NCBI GenBank assembly: GCA_964588985.1
Contig: CAZPQW010000007.1
Coordinates: 44,219 to 108,218, forward strand
DNA from: an uncultured Solirubrobacteraceae bacterium
Lineage (GTDB): Bacteria > Actinomycetota > Thermoleophilia > Solirubrobacterales > Solirubrobacteraceae
Length of the DNA stretch: 64,000 nucleotides
Direction of reading: 5' to 3'
The notes below the pieces were generated by a model. That model saw only the letters and a program-made list of their open reading frames with translations, was not told the origin of the DNA and did no database searches. The position numbers and the translations under genes were made by a program. Every line of letters begins with the position of its first letter. The stretch's first letter is position 1. Shown in pieces: positions 18,494-28,855 of the stretch.

Positions 18494-20521
18494 TCAGCCG
18501 GCGAGCAGGCCGCGGGCGACGAGCAGGTCCATCACGCGCTCGACCTCCTCCTCGACCGTTTCGCGCGAGCTGCCCAGCACGAGATCCGGTTCGGAGGGCG
18601 CCTCATATGGCGCGCCGACACCCGTCAGGCCCGCCAGCTCGCCCGATCGCGCCCGCGCGTAGAGACCCTTCGGGTCACGCTCCTCGCACAGCTCCAGCGG
18701 CGCGTCCACGTGGATCTCGAGGAAGCCCAGGTCGTCGGCCGAGTGCAGCGCCGCGGCCGCCTCGCGGTCGGCCGCGTAGGGGCTCACTAGGCTGACGAGC
18801 GCGATCGTGCCGGACTCCGCCAGCAGCCTCGCCACATGCGCGGTGCGCCGCACGTTCTCCGTGCGCGCGTGCTCATCGAAGCCGAGGTCGCCGTTGAGAC
18901 CATGGCGGAGGTTATCCCCGTCGAGCAGGAACGCCGGCTGACCCGCTTCGATCAGGCGCTCCTCCACGGCCGCCGCGACGGTCGACTTGCCCGCCCCCGG
19001 CAGGCCGGTGAACCACAGCGTCGCGCCGCCGTGTCCGAGCGCGCTCCAGCGCCGCTCGCGCGTCATCCGCGTTCCCTGCCAGCGCACGTTCGGGCTGCGC
19101 TCTGTCTTCGGTTCCGCCCCGCTGCCCTCCACCTCCGTGTCGAGGACCACGCCCGCCGCGACCGTTTCGTTGGTCGCCTCGTCGATCACGATCAGGCTCC
19201 CGGTCACGCGGTTGCGCCGGTAGGAGTCGAACACCAGGGGCGCGCTCAGCTGCAGGTGCACCCGTCCGAGGTCGTTCAGCTCGAGCGTCGTCGCGCCCTC
19301 GTCGCGACGCAGGGTCTCCACGTCGATCTTGTAGCGGACGTCGACCGCGCCGACCATCGCGGTACGCGTGGTGTGCTTGACGATGTAGCGCCTGCGCGGG
19401 CTCAGCGGGTGCTCGGACATCCAGCACAGCAGGCACTCGAAGCTGTTCGACACCGTCGGCTGGTTCTGGGTACGCACGATCACGCTGCCGCGGCCCACGT
19501 CGATGTCGTCGGCCAGCCGCAGCGCGACCGACATCGGCGGGAACGCCTCCTCGACCGGCCCGTCGAACGTGTCGATCGAGGCGATCGTCGTGTGCTGGCC
19601 GCTCGGCAGCACGACCACGTCGTCGCCGGGGCGCATCACGCCGCCGGCCACCTGACCAGCGTAGGCGCGGTAGTCCGCGACGCTCGAGGCGGGCGGACGG
19701 ATCACCCACTGCACCGGAAAGCGCACGTCGATCAGGTTGCGATCGGAGGCGATGTGCACGTGCTCGAGGTGGTAGAGCAGCGGCGGACCCTGATACCAGG
19801 GCATCGACTCGGAGCGATCGACGACGTTGTCGCCGAGCAGCGCGGAGATCGGGATGAACGTCACGTCCGGCATCTCCAGGCGCGCCGCGAAGCGGTCGAA
19901 GTCCTCAACGATCGCGTCGAAGGTCTGCTCGTCGAAGTCGACCAGGTCCATCTTGTTGACGCACACCACGATGTGCGGGATGCCCAGCAGCGAGCTGATG
20001 AACGCGTGACGCTTGGACTGCGAGATGACGCCCTTGCGCGCGTCGATCAGCACGATCGCCAGGTCCGCGGTCGAGGCGCCGGTGACCATGTTGCGCGTGT
20101 ACTGCTCGTGCCCGGGCGTGTCGGCGATGATGAAGCGGCGCTGGGCGGTGGCGAAGTAGCGGTATGCCACATCGATCGTGATGCCCTGCTCGCGCTCGGC
20201 CCGCAGCCCGTCGGTCAGCAGCGACAGGTCCACGAAGTCGTGGCCCATCCGCTCACTGGCCTGCTCCACGTGCGCCAGCTGGTCTGAGAGGACCTGCTTG
20301 CTGTCGTACAGCAGCCGCCCGATCAGCGTGCTCTTGCCGTCGTCCACCGAGCCGGCGGTGGCGAAGCGCAGCAGGTCCGCGGGGCGCTCTGTCAGCCGCT
20401 TGAACGCCTCAGCCGAGTCGCCCGCCACCGACGCCGCGACCGCCTCGCCGTGATCGGGCCCGTTGCCGTTGCCGTTGACCAGCACGCCAGAAGAACGGCC
20501 GGGGAGGTCCGGAAGTTGCAT
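18494..20521 (-). CDS. cysNC: Bifunctional sulfate adenylyltransferase large subunit/APS kinase
   Basis: GSVDDGKST, REQGITIDVAYRYF, DTPGH and NKMD. C-terminal WFTGLPGAGKST, LDGDN.R and RDPKGLY. Confidence 0.97.
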   Translation of the reverse strand: MQLPDLPGRSSGVLVNGNGNGPDHGEAVAASVAGDSAEAFKRLTERPADLLRFATAGSVDDGKSTLIGRLLYDSKQVLSDQLAHVEQASERMGHDFVDLSLLTDGLRAEREQGITIDVAYRYFATAQRRFIIADTPGHEQYTRNMVTGASTADLAIVLIDARKGVISQSKRHAFISSLLGIPHIVVCVNKMDLVDFDEQTFDAIVEDFDRFAARLEMPDVTFIPISALLGDNVVDRSESMPWYQGPPLLYHLEHVHIASDRNLIDVRFPVQWVIRPPASSVADYRAYAGQVAGGVMRPGDDVVVLPSGQHTTIASIDTFDGPVEEAFPPMSVALRLADDIDVGRGSVIVRTQNQPTVSNSFECLLCWMSEHPLSPRRRYIVKHTTRTAMVGAVDVRYKIDVETLRRDEGATTLELNDLGRVHLQLSAPLVFDSYRRNRVTGSLIVIDEATNETVAAGVVLDTEVEGSGAEPKTERSPNVRWQGTRMTRERRWSALGHGGATLWFTGLPGAGKSTVAAAVEERLIEAGQPAFLLDGDNLRHGLNGDLGFDEHARTENVRRTAHVARLLAESGTIALVSLVSPYAADREAAAALHSADDLGFLEIHVDAPLELCEERDPKGLYARARSGELAGLTGVGAPYEAPSEPDLVLGSSRETVEEEVERVMDLLVARGLLAG

Positions 20522-21432
20522 CAGAAATACCCCTGCCGCTTGCGATCCTCCATCGCGGCCTCCGTCGCACGGTCATCCGCGCGCGTCTGCCCGCGCTCGG
20601 TGATCTCGGTCGCGGCGATCTCGGTCACGACCTGCTCGAGCGTCGCCGCGTCGGACTCGACCGCGCCGGTGCAGCTCATGTCGCCGACCGTGCGGTAGCG
20701 CACCGTCGCCGTGAAAGCCTCCTCGCCGTCCATCAGCTCGACGAACGGACTGACCGCATACAGCATGCCGTCGCGCTCGAACACCTCGCGATCGTGGGCG
20801 AAGTAGATCGACGGGACCTCGAGCCGCTCCTCGGCTATGTACTGCCACACGTCGAGCTCGGTCCAGTTGGAGATCGGGAACACACGCGCGTGCTCGCCTT
20901 TCTTGAGCCTGCCGTTGTAAAGCCCCCACAGCTCGGGGCGCTGACGCTGAGGCTCCCACTGGCCGAACTCGTCGCGGAAGGAGAGGATGCGCTCCTTCGC
21001 GCGTGCGCGCTCCTCGTCGCGGCGGGCGCCGCCGAAGGCCGCGTCGAAGCCGTGCTCGGTGATCGCGTCGAGCAGCGTGACCGTCTGCAGCGCGTTGCGC
21101 GAGGCTCGCGGCCCGGTCTCCTCGACGACTCGTCCTTCGCGGATCGAGTCCTCGACCGAGGCGACGACGAGGCGCTCTCCGAGTTCTTCGACCTTGCGGT
21201 CGCGGAACTCGATCGCCTCGGGGAAGTTGTGGCCCGTGTCGACATGCATCAACGGGAACGGGAACGGCGCCGGACGAAACGCCTTCTCCGCCAGACGCAA
21301 CAGCACGATCGAGTCCTTGCCGCCGCTGAACAGCAGCACCGGCCGCTCGAATTCGGCGGCCACCTCGCGCATCACGTGAATCGCCTCGGACTCGAGTGTG
21401 CGCAGATGCGTTAGGTGGTAGGTGGCGGGCAT
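20521..21432 (-). CDS. cysD: Sulfate adenylyltransferase small subunit
   Basis: LFSGGKDS, HVDTGHNF, GGARRDEE, RVFPISNWTE and C-terminal MEDRK..GYF. Confidence 0.97.
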   Translation of the reverse strand: MPATYHLTHLRTLESEAIHVMREVAAEFERPVLLFSGGKDSIVLLRLAEKAFRPAPFPFPLMHVDTGHNFPEAIEFRDRKVEELGERLVVASVEDSIREGRVVEETGPRASRNALQTVTLLDAITEHGFDAAFGGARRDEERARAKERILSFRDEFGQWEPQRQRPELWGLYNGRLKKGEHARVFPISNWTELDVWQYIAEERLEVPSIYFAHDREVFERDGMLYAVSPFVELMDGEEAFTATVRYRTVGDMSCTGAVESDAATLEQVVTEIAATEITERGQTRADDRATEAAMEDRKRQGYF

Positions 21433-21520
21433 CCGTGCTGTGTGGCTGAAGTTAGCCAATGTGGAGCAGAGCTATGTGAACTTTAGGGTGCGTGTTCGCT
21501 TTGTCAAGCCTCGACGCGTT

Positions 21521-22642
21521 CTACGGCACGTTCTCGGCGACCTGTTCGAGCAGCACGGATTCCAGGCGCGCGGCCACCAGCGGCCATGCAAAGCGCTTCG
21601 CGCGCTCGGCTCCGGCAACCCCCATGCGCCGGGCCAGCTCGCGGTCGCTCAACAATCTGGTGAGCGCATCGGCAACCGCCCGCTCGTCGGTCGGGTCGAC
21701 CAGCAGGCCCGTCTCGCCGTCGGCCACCGCGTCCAGGGCGCCGGCCACATTGCCTGCCACGACCGGCTTGCCGTAAGCGGCGGCTTCGAGGTAGACGATC
21801 CCGAAGCCCTCGCCGGCACGGCCGTCGGAGGGCAGGCGACTCGGCATCGTAAACACGTCCGTACGACGCAGCCATAGGTCGCGCTCGTCGTCTGAGACCG
21901 TACCGAGGAACCGCACCGCGTCAGTTACGCCCACTGCGCTCGCGAGCCGTTCGAGATCGCCGCGCAGCGGCCCGTCGCCGATCACCACCAGCTCCACGTC
22001 GGGCACATCGGCGCGCACGCGCGCCAGTGCGCGGATCAGCACGTCGTGCCCCTTGTAGGCGTCCCGCAGGCGCGCGATCGTGAGCAGAGTCGGACGCTCG
22101 GGCCGCTCCGGCGTGGGATCGCTCGGCAGCTCGACCCCCGGCGGGATCAGCCTCAACTCGGCGGGCGAGGCGCCGGTGGCCGCGATCAGACCGGCTGTGT
22201 AGGAGCTGACCGCCACCACCACGTCCGCCCTGCCGGCCGCGAACGCCGCCAGCCTGGGTTTGCCGCCGATCTCGTTCGCGTGGAAGTACTGCACCGTCCG
22301 CGCCCCGAGCGCGCGTCGGATCGCCGCAGCGGCGGGACTCGCGACGATGTGCGCGATCAGGATCACGTCGGGGCGAAAGCGCCGCGCCTCCGCGAGCGCG
22401 GCCAAGTTCAACGCCACCATGCGCGCCGGCCCGAGCTTCTTGCCAACCCTCACCCGTCGTGTGGAGAGCCCGCTGTGCCGATCGAAGCTCGCCGCGCCGG
22501 GCCCGTCGAGCGCGAGCACCCGCGTCTCGAAGCCCTTCACGCCCGCCGCCAGGCGATAGGTCAAGAGCTGGATGCCTCCTGGGGCGGGCGGGAAGTCGGG
22601 GGTCAGCACGAGCAGCCGGGGTGTGCGCGTTGGCGAGCCCAT
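21521..22642 (-). CDS. GT4 glycosyltransferase (PimB-like)
   Basis: DFPP.PGGIQ, KG.D and EGFGIVYLEAAA.G.PVV. Confidence 0.92.
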   Translation of the reverse strand: MGSPTRTPRLLVLTPDFPPAPGGIQLLTYRLAAGVKGFETRVLALDGPGAASFDRHSGLSTRRVRVGKKLGPARMVALNLAALAEARRFRPDVILIAHIVASPAAAAIRRALGARTVQYFHANEIGGKPRLAAFAAGRADVVVAVSSYTAGLIAATGASPAELRLIPPGVELPSDPTPERPERPTLLTIARLRDAYKGHDVLIRALARVRADVPDVELVVIGDGPLRGDLERLASAVGVTDAVRFLGTVSDDERDLWLRRTDVFTMPSRLPSDGRAGEGFGIVYLEAAAYGKPVVAGNVAGALDAVADGETGLLVDPTDERAVADALTRLLSDRELARRMGVAGAERAKRFAWPLVAARLESVLLEQVAENVP

Positions 22643-22706
22643 TGCCGACGGAGCATCTCACGGTGCGTCGTCCACCTGCACAAACGTCCGTAGCGCCGGC
22701 TTCTCG

Positions 22707-22733
22707 TCAAGCCCTCCCGGGATCCCACCGATC
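22707..22733 (+). promoter_or_regulatory. Sigma28 (FliA/WhiG)-like promoter
   Basis: TCAAG-N15-ACCGAT about 40 nt upstream of ATG 22774. Confidence 0.5.
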
Positions 22734-22773
22734 GGGAGAGCGACCCACCCAACGACTCCTCCCCCTGGAGATC

Positions 22774-25413
22774 ATGCCCGTCACGCCCACCCATCGCCGC
22801 GCCGTCGCACGGAGAGCCTCGCTCCTTGCCGCCCTCGCGCTCGCGGCTCTGCTCAGCCTGCTCGCCCTGACGGGCGCCCCCGCCCGCGCCGCCCATGGCG
22901 CTCGCGTGAGCGCACACAGTCGCGTCGCGCACAGCCACTGCACGGTCAAGCGCGCCAAGAAGTCCTCCAGGCATGCCCAGGTGCGGACGTGCACGAGCAC
23001 CAAGAAGACCAAGCGCGCCGCGAAGAGGCACAGGGGCCTGATCGTGGAAGAGGTCGGTGGCCCGGGCACGCCCGGCGCTCCCAGCGAACCCTCGACTCCC
23101 GTCAAATCCAAAGGGGGCAGGGAATCGGGCAAAGCCGTGGGCAACCTCCCGGTCGAGTCCGGCGAAACGGTCAGCGACCCGATCGACCCGCGCTTCCTCA
23201 CCGACGTCACGTTCGGCACCCGCTCGTTCTGGGTGCAGCCGTGGCGCTCGTACCTCGACACGTGGCCCGGGTCGCGGCTGCTGGAAGCGGTCGGAATCAA
23301 CTTCAACGTCGCCCCGCCGCTTGCCGAAGACACCGCGCAGCTGCTGCAGGACGACGGCTTCAAGCTGGCTCGCATCGGGATCAACTGGTCGGCGCTCAAC
23401 TACAGCGACCCGACCACGTTCATCCCCGAACGGCTCGCGAACATAGTCACGCGACTGACCGCCCTGCACAAGCACGGGCTGCGCCCGCTGATCGTGCTCG
23501 ACGCCTACAGCGGCGCCCCCGCGCCCGCCAAGCACGTGACCCTCGAAACAACCGTCGCGGCGGCCGCGGGTGCGCAGACGGTGACCCTCAGCGCCGCGAG
23601 CGCGGCGGAAGTCGTCCCCGGCAAGACCGGCTTCAACAGCCTCGCCTTCGGCGGAGCGCCGGACATCCTGATCAGCTCGCTGAGCGGACACGTCGCCACC
23701 CTCTCGAGGCCGCTGAAGAGCGCCCTCGCCGCGGGCTCGCACCCCGGCACGACTCTGCTGTACGCGCCGTTCGCCGCTCCCACACTTCCCAACGGACAGT
23801 CCAATCCCGCCTTCCAGGCGACGCTCAACGGCTGGCTGAACTACGTATCGCAGGTCTGCAAAGAGGCCGCGAGCATCGTCGGGCCCGAAGGCTATGACCT
23901 CGAGGTGTGGAACGAGCTCAGCTTCAGCTCCCAGTTCCTGAACGCCGAAAACTACTACTTGCCCTCAGGCGAAGAACACGGCGAATCGGCCTACAACCCC
24001 GGCAACGAAAACGGCCTCGAAGCGAACACCAGCACCGAAGCGAGCCCCAGCGCCGAAGCGGGCTCGGGCCCGGAAACCGAGCAGGGAACCGAAGCCGAAA
24101 ACGGCCCTGAAACCGAAGGCGAACTGGAAGCGGAACCGACCAGCGAAGGCGCCGGCGCGGCTGTTCGCGCGCTCACCGCGACGCGCACCGAAGTGCCGCA
24201 CAAGCGGGTCGTGAACAAGGAAATCCGCAAAGCGCTGCTCGCCGCGACGGTCGCCTTCGTGCGCAACCCCTCGAGCGGCGTCCCCGCGGGCGTCGGCATC
24301 ACAGACGGCTTCGCCAGCCAGACGCCCTTCCCCTCCGGCGCGGAAGCTCCGCTGGGACTGACGGCGCTGAGCAAGCACCCGTACGTCGGCGTGAAGAGCT
24401 ACCCCACCGAATACCGCGAACGCCACATCGCGCCGCTCGACGCGCTCGGCGCGCGCGACACGAGCTCGCGAGAAAGCTTCGCGCCGCTGTTCGCACCCGC
24501 TTACCAGTCGCTGCTGCCCGAGTACACGCTCACCGCCACCTCAACGGAGACGCTGATTCGCGACATCGCGCCGATCACCACCAACGTCTACCACTACCCG
24601 CACGGGCGGAGCGTGGGGCCCGCGGGCGGCCAGCCGCTGCAGAAGTGGATCACCGAGTACAACCTCGCGATCGGCAAGGCCAAGGTCATGGGACCCGACG
24701 GAGTCACGCCGCAGACCGGCCCGTCGGCGACGCTCACCGCGGCCGACAGGCAGCACTTCCAGGCCAAGGTCGCGCTGCGCAGCCTCGTCTCGATGGTCGC
24801 CAAGGGCGAGTCTCGCGAGTACTTCTTCGCAGCCGCGCCCGGCACCCTGAGCCTGATCGACCCGGGCTTCTTCACCGCCGCGGAAGCAGAACCGAGCGTC
24901 TACCCCGGCGACGCCTCGGGTGGAGAGACGATGACAGGGATGCACAACATGCTCACCCGCTTCAACGGCCCCGGACCCGCCGGCGGCAACGCCAACCAGC
25001 TCACGCTCCTCTCGATCACCCAGAACGGCAACCACGCACAGTTCACGGGAGACGGCACGAGCGCCCACCCCAGCCTCTACGACCGCTCCGTTCTCGCCGT
25101 CTTCCCCTTCCAGACCAGCCCCACCACCTACGTCATCCCCGTCTACGTGATGACGCGCGACCTGCTCACCCTCTACGAACCGTCCGCACCCGGTAGCGAC
25201 GTCCACCGCTTCGACCTCCCCGACGAGACCTTCCACATCACGCTCGGCAACCTCCCCAGCACCGCCACGCCACCCACCGTCTCGAGCTACGACCCGCTGC
25301 GCGACGAAACCACCACAGCTCACCTCACGAGCCGCACCGGCAACCAGGCGACGTTCGAACTCACCGCCACCGACTACCCCCGGCTGCTGACGCTCGAATA
25401 CAGCGGCGAATAG
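22774..25413 (+). CDS. Secreted putative glycoside hydrolase, clan GH-A-like (paralog 1)
   Basis: Signal peptide; GINFN, RIGINW, EVWNE (acid/base), KHPY and WITEY (nucleophile) pattern. Confidence 0.6.
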   Translation: MPVTPTHRRAVARRASLLAALALAALLSLLALTGAPARAAHGARVSAHSRVAHSHCTVKRAKKSSRHAQVRTCTSTKKTKRAAKRHRGLIVEEVGGPGTPGAPSEPSTPVKSKGGRESGKAVGNLPVESGETVSDPIDPRFLTDVTFGTRSFWVQPWRSYLDTWPGSRLLEAVGINFNVAPPLAEDTAQLLQDDGFKLARIGINWSALNYSDPTTFIPERLANIVTRLTALHKHGLRPLIVLDAYSGAPAPAKHVTLETTVAAAAGAQTVTLSAASAAEVVPGKTGFNSLAFGGAPDILISSLSGHVATLSRPLKSALAAGSHPGTTLLYAPFAAPTLPNGQSNPAFQATLNGWLNYVSQVCKEAASIVGPEGYDLEVWNELSFSSQFLNAENYYLPSGEEHGESAYNPGNENGLEANTSTEASPSAEAGSGPETEQGTEAENGPETEGELEAEPTSEGAGAAVRALTATRTEVPHKRVVNKEIRKALLAATVAFVRNPSSGVPAGVGITDGFASQTPFPSGAEAPLGLTALSKHPYVGVKSYPTEYRERHIAPLDALGARDTSSRESFAPLFAPAYQSLLPEYTLTATSTETLIRDIAPITTNVYHYPHGRSVGPAGGQPLQKWITEYNLAIGKAKVMGPDGVTPQTGPSATLTAADRQHFQAKVALRSLVSMVAKGESREYFFAAAPGTLSLIDPGFFTAAEAEPSVYPGDASGGETMTGMHNMLTRFNGPGPAGGNANQLTLLSITQNGNHAQFTGDGTSAHPSLYDRSVLAVFPFQTSPTTYVIPVYVMTRDLLTLYEPSAPGSDVHRFDLPDETFHITLGNLPSTATPPTVSSYDPLRDETTTAHLTSRTGNQATFELTATDYPRLLTLEYSGE

Positions 25414-25440
25414 CCGCGGGGGCGTTCATAGAATGCGGCG

Positions 25441-27798
25441 ATGCCCTCGCGCCGCGCGACCAGGATCGGCCTCTCGGCGGCGCTCGTCCTCGCTCTGCTC
25501 GGACTCCTCACGGGCTGCACCAACTCCCACTCGGGCCACAGGGCCGCCGAAGGACCGTCCGCCACCACCTCGTCCCCCGTGTCCGCCCCGACCAAAGGCG
25601 GTCTACCGGCGTGCGGGGTCGAATGCGATCCGATCGACCCGCGCTACCTGACGAGCCTGCCGTTCGGGGCAAGCTCGTTCTGGCTCCAGCCGTGGCGGGC
25701 GTACCTCGACACCTGGCCCGGATCGCGCCTGCTCGACGCGCTCGGGGTGAACTTCAACGTCAACGGCTCCCTGGCGCCGGATGTCGCGCGGCTGCTGCAC
25801 AACACCGGCTTCAGGCTCGCGCGCATCGAGATCGGCTGGGGGTCGCTCTCCTACGCGAACCCCGAACGCTTCACGCACGAAGCCGAAATCCGCGCACGGC
25901 TGCTGGCGCTGCACAGATACGGCCTGCGCCCGCTGATCCTGTTGAACGCCAACAGCGGCTCTCCCGCTCCCGCGAAGGGGATCGACCTGACGACCGTCGC
26001 GCCCGCGCCCGCGGGGTCGACCACGGTCACGCTGACCGCGGCGAGCGCGGCGGCATTGGCGCCAGGCAAGAGCGGGTTCGACGCGTCCGCTTTCAAGCCT
26101 GTGAAAGAAAGGCGCAAACGCGGTCACAAACGAGCACAGACCGGCCCGAGGCTGACGCGGGCGCAGCGCCGCGCGCGCCACGAAGCACGTCGCGCGGCGC
26201 GCAAAGCGGCCGCCGCGGCGGGGCTCACCAGAACCGTGTTGGAGGGCAACCCGGGGCTGCTGATCACGAAGGTGAGCGGCGACGTCGCCACGCTCTCGCG
26301 ACCGCTGCCGAGCGCGCTTCCGGCCGGCGTGTACCGAGGCACCACGCTGCTGTATGCGCCGTTCGGCCCACCGAAGCTCCCGGACGGCTCGCCGAACCCC
26401 GCGTTCGAGGACACGCTCGCGGGCTGGCTGAAGTACGTCGCGACCGTCTGCGGGGAGGCGCGCGGGATCTTCGGCGCGGGCGGCTTCGACCTCGAGATCT
26501 GGAACGAGCTGAGCTTCGGCTCGCAATTCCTCGATGTCGAGAAGTACTACGCCAGCCCGGAATCGAGCTCCAGGGAAGTCGTCAAGGAAGTCACGAAGGC
26601 GCTGCTCGACGAAACGCTCGCGTTCGTGCGCAACCCGGCCAACGGGATCTCCCCGCTGGTCGGGGTGAGCGACGGCTTCGCCAGCGAGTCGCCATTCCCC
26701 TCGGCCGCATATGCGCCCGCGGGGCTGACCGCGTACAGCAAGCACCCCTACGCGGGCCCGAAGAGCTATCCCGCGGACTTCCACGCCAAACCCGGCAACG
26801 TCCCCCGCGACGCGCTCGGACGCAGGGACACGGCCGGCGAACGTCGCTCCGCCGAAGCGTTCACCGCGCGGTTCGTGCCCAGCTACCAGGCCGACCTTCC
26901 CGAGCACACGCTCACGGCGACCTCCACCGAGACGCTCGTCCGCGACCTCGCGCCGTTCGCCACCGACATCTACCAGGCGCCGCACGGCCGCGACGTGGCA
27001 CGCGCGGGACAGCGCCCGCCTCAGACGTGGGTCACGGAGTACAACCTCGGCACCGCCGGGGGCACGGTCGTGGGTCCGGACGAGAAGACCCCGCAGACGG
27101 GCCCTGCCGCGACGATCACCACCGCCGACAGGGCGCACTTCCAGGCGAAGGTCGCGCTGCGCAGCCTCGTCTCGATGGTCGGCGCGGGGGTCTCTCGCGA
27201 GTACTTCTACGCGGCCGCGTACGCCGGCGGCCTCAGCCTGATCGCGGAACCGTTCGTGTTGAACGCCAACGCGCGGCCGAGCGTGTTCCCCGGCGATGCG
27301 GCGGGCGGGGAAGCGATGGCGGCCCTTCACAGGATGCTCACCCGCTTCGAGGGCCCCGGGCCCGACGATGCTGGTGCGCGACAGCTCACGCTCCTCTCCA
27401 TCACCCAGGACGGCGACCACGCGCAGTTCACCGGCGACGGCACGAGCGCTCACCCGGACCTATACGACCGCGACGTGCTCGCCGTCTTCCCGTTCCAGAC
27501 CTCACCCACCACGTTCGTCATCCCGGTGTACGTGATGACACGTGACATGCTCACGCTCTACGCGCCGAGCGCGCCATCCACGGACGTCCACCGCTTCGAC
27601 CTCCCCGACGAGACCTTCCACATCACGCTCGGCAACCTCCCCAACACCACCACGCCACCCACCGTCTCGAGCTACGACCCGCTGCGCGACGAGACCACCA
27701 CCGCCCACCTCACAAGCCGCACCAGCAACCAAGCCACGTTCGAACTCACCGCCACCGACTACCCCCGACTGCTGACGCTCAAATACACCGGCGAATAG
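25441..27798 (+). CDS. Lipoprotein putative glycoside hydrolase, clan GH-A-like (paralog 2)
   Basis: Lipobox LTGC; EIWNE, KHPY and WVTEY; collinear with paralog 1. Confidence 0.6.
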   Translation: MPSRRATRIGLSAALVLALLGLLTGCTNSHSGHRAAEGPSATTSSPVSAPTKGGLPACGVECDPIDPRYLTSLPFGASSFWLQPWRAYLDTWPGSRLLDALGVNFNVNGSLAPDVARLLHNTGFRLARIEIGWGSLSYANPERFTHEAEIRARLLALHRYGLRPLILLNANSGSPAPAKGIDLTTVAPAPAGSTTVTLTAASAAALAPGKSGFDASAFKPVKERRKRGHKRAQTGPRLTRAQRRARHEARRAARKAAAAAGLTRTVLEGNPGLLITKVSGDVATLSRPLPSALPAGVYRGTTLLYAPFGPPKLPDGSPNPAFEDTLAGWLKYVATVCGEARGIFGAGGFDLEIWNELSFGSQFLDVEKYYASPESSSREVVKEVTKALLDETLAFVRNPANGISPLVGVSDGFASESPFPSAAYAPAGLTAYSKHPYAGPKSYPADFHAKPGNVPRDALGRRDTAGERRSAEAFTARFVPSYQADLPEHTLTATSTETLVRDLAPFATDIYQAPHGRDVARAGQRPPQTWVTEYNLGTAGGTVVGPDEKTPQTGPAATITTADRAHFQAKVALRSLVSMVGAGVSREYFYAAAYAGGLSLIAEPFVLNANARPSVFPGDAAGGEAMAALHRMLTRFEGPGPDDAGARQLTLLSITQDGDHAQFTGDGTSAHPDLYDRDVLAVFPFQTSPTTFVIPVYVMTRDMLTLYAPSAPSTDVHRFDLPDETFHITLGNLPNTTTPPTVSSYDPLRDETTTAHLTSRTSNQATFELTATDYPRLLTLKYTGE

Positions 27799-27823
27799 GC
27801 CACAGGCACGCAAACGCCTCGAG

Positions 27824-27860
27824 CGGATGGGGCTCCGCCTCTTCGGATAGCCCCATCCCG
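27824..27860. terminator. Hairpin between convergent genes
   Basis: GGATGGGGCT...AGCCCCATCC inverted repeat. Confidence 0.6.
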
Positions 27861-27883
27861 TTCAGGTCGTCCAGGCTACACCC

Positions 27884-28855
27884 TCATGAGAACTCACCCC
27901 AGTTTTCGCCGCCGCCAAGATCGACTGTCGCCGCACCGCTGAGCGTCGCAGTCAAGCCGAATACTTCCAATTTCGCTTTGGTTTCTTTCAGCGTGCCCCC
28001 CACTTCGGTCCATATCGCTTTGGAAGACTTCGTGAAATGGAGTTCGCCTCGCGCGGCTTCAACTTCGTGTTCGGCAGTGATTTCTTTGCCCGTTGTGAAC
28101 GCCGCTCCTATGACGTTTCCCGTCAGGCCCGTCGAGAGGACCGTACATTTGGCTCCGGTGAATTTAATCGTCGCGAACAATTTGCCCGATTCCGGTTCCA
28201 GCAGCACTAACAAAGGCCCAGCGGTCCCCGACGCGGTGGAGAACCCATCGGTGCCGAGCAACGAGCCTGTTGTTACCATTTTTCCTTCGACTTCGCATCC
28301 TTCGCCATTGCCCGTCACGCTACAGCCTGTATATAATATGGTGAAGTGCGATAAGCCGACTAACCCTGCGATCCGATTTGCGATTTCATGCGCTTTGTCG
28401 GTCCGCAGAGACAGGCTTTCGCAATTCACCGCCTCGCCCGCGGGTTTTGCTTCGATGGTGAATTTTTCGTGCGCACTGGCTAACAGTAATCGGGTTTCGC
28501 CCGGCACGAGCGCTTCGCCAACTTTGAAGAATGGACCCGCTCCTGGTTTGGAAACCTTGATCCATCTTTTTTCACCAGTTTGTTTCACACAGTCTTCTTC
28601 TGTATAGGTTCCCCGTTCTCCCGCTTCGTACGTTTCCACTTCGGCGCATTCCGTTACGGCATTGATGAACGTGCCATTCGGTTTGACTTTGATGTAGACT
28701 TTTGCCGCGGCATTTTCCACCATGCAGCCAAATTCCCACCTGCCCGTCCCCACCACCGAGACCACCGCACAGCGCGCCAGAGCCGTCGAGGCGCCGATCA
28801 GGCAGAATGCAAACGTCACCCCGAGCACGGGCCCGACAATCTTGAGATACCTCAT
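27884..28855 (-). CDS. Secreted Cys-containing beta-rich hypothetical protein, lower GC
   Basis: Signal peptide MRYLKIVG...STALA; AGGAG RBS; visibly more AT-rich than its neighbours. Confidence 0.7.
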   Translation of the reverse strand: MRYLKIVGPVLGVTFAFCLIGASTALARCAVVSVVGTGRWEFGCMVENAAAKVYIKVKPNGTFINAVTECAEVETYEAGERGTYTEEDCVKQTGEKRWIKVSKPGAGPFFKVGEALVPGETRLLLASAHEKFTIEAKPAGEAVNCESLSLRTDKAHEIANRIAGLVGLSHFTILYTGCSVTGNGEGCEVEGKMVTTGSLLGTDGFSTASGTAGPLLVLLEPESGKLFATIKFTGAKCTVLSTGLTGNVIGAAFTTGKEITAEHEVEAARGELHFTKSSKAIWTEVGGTLKETKAKLEVFGLTATLSGAATVDLGGGENWGEFS

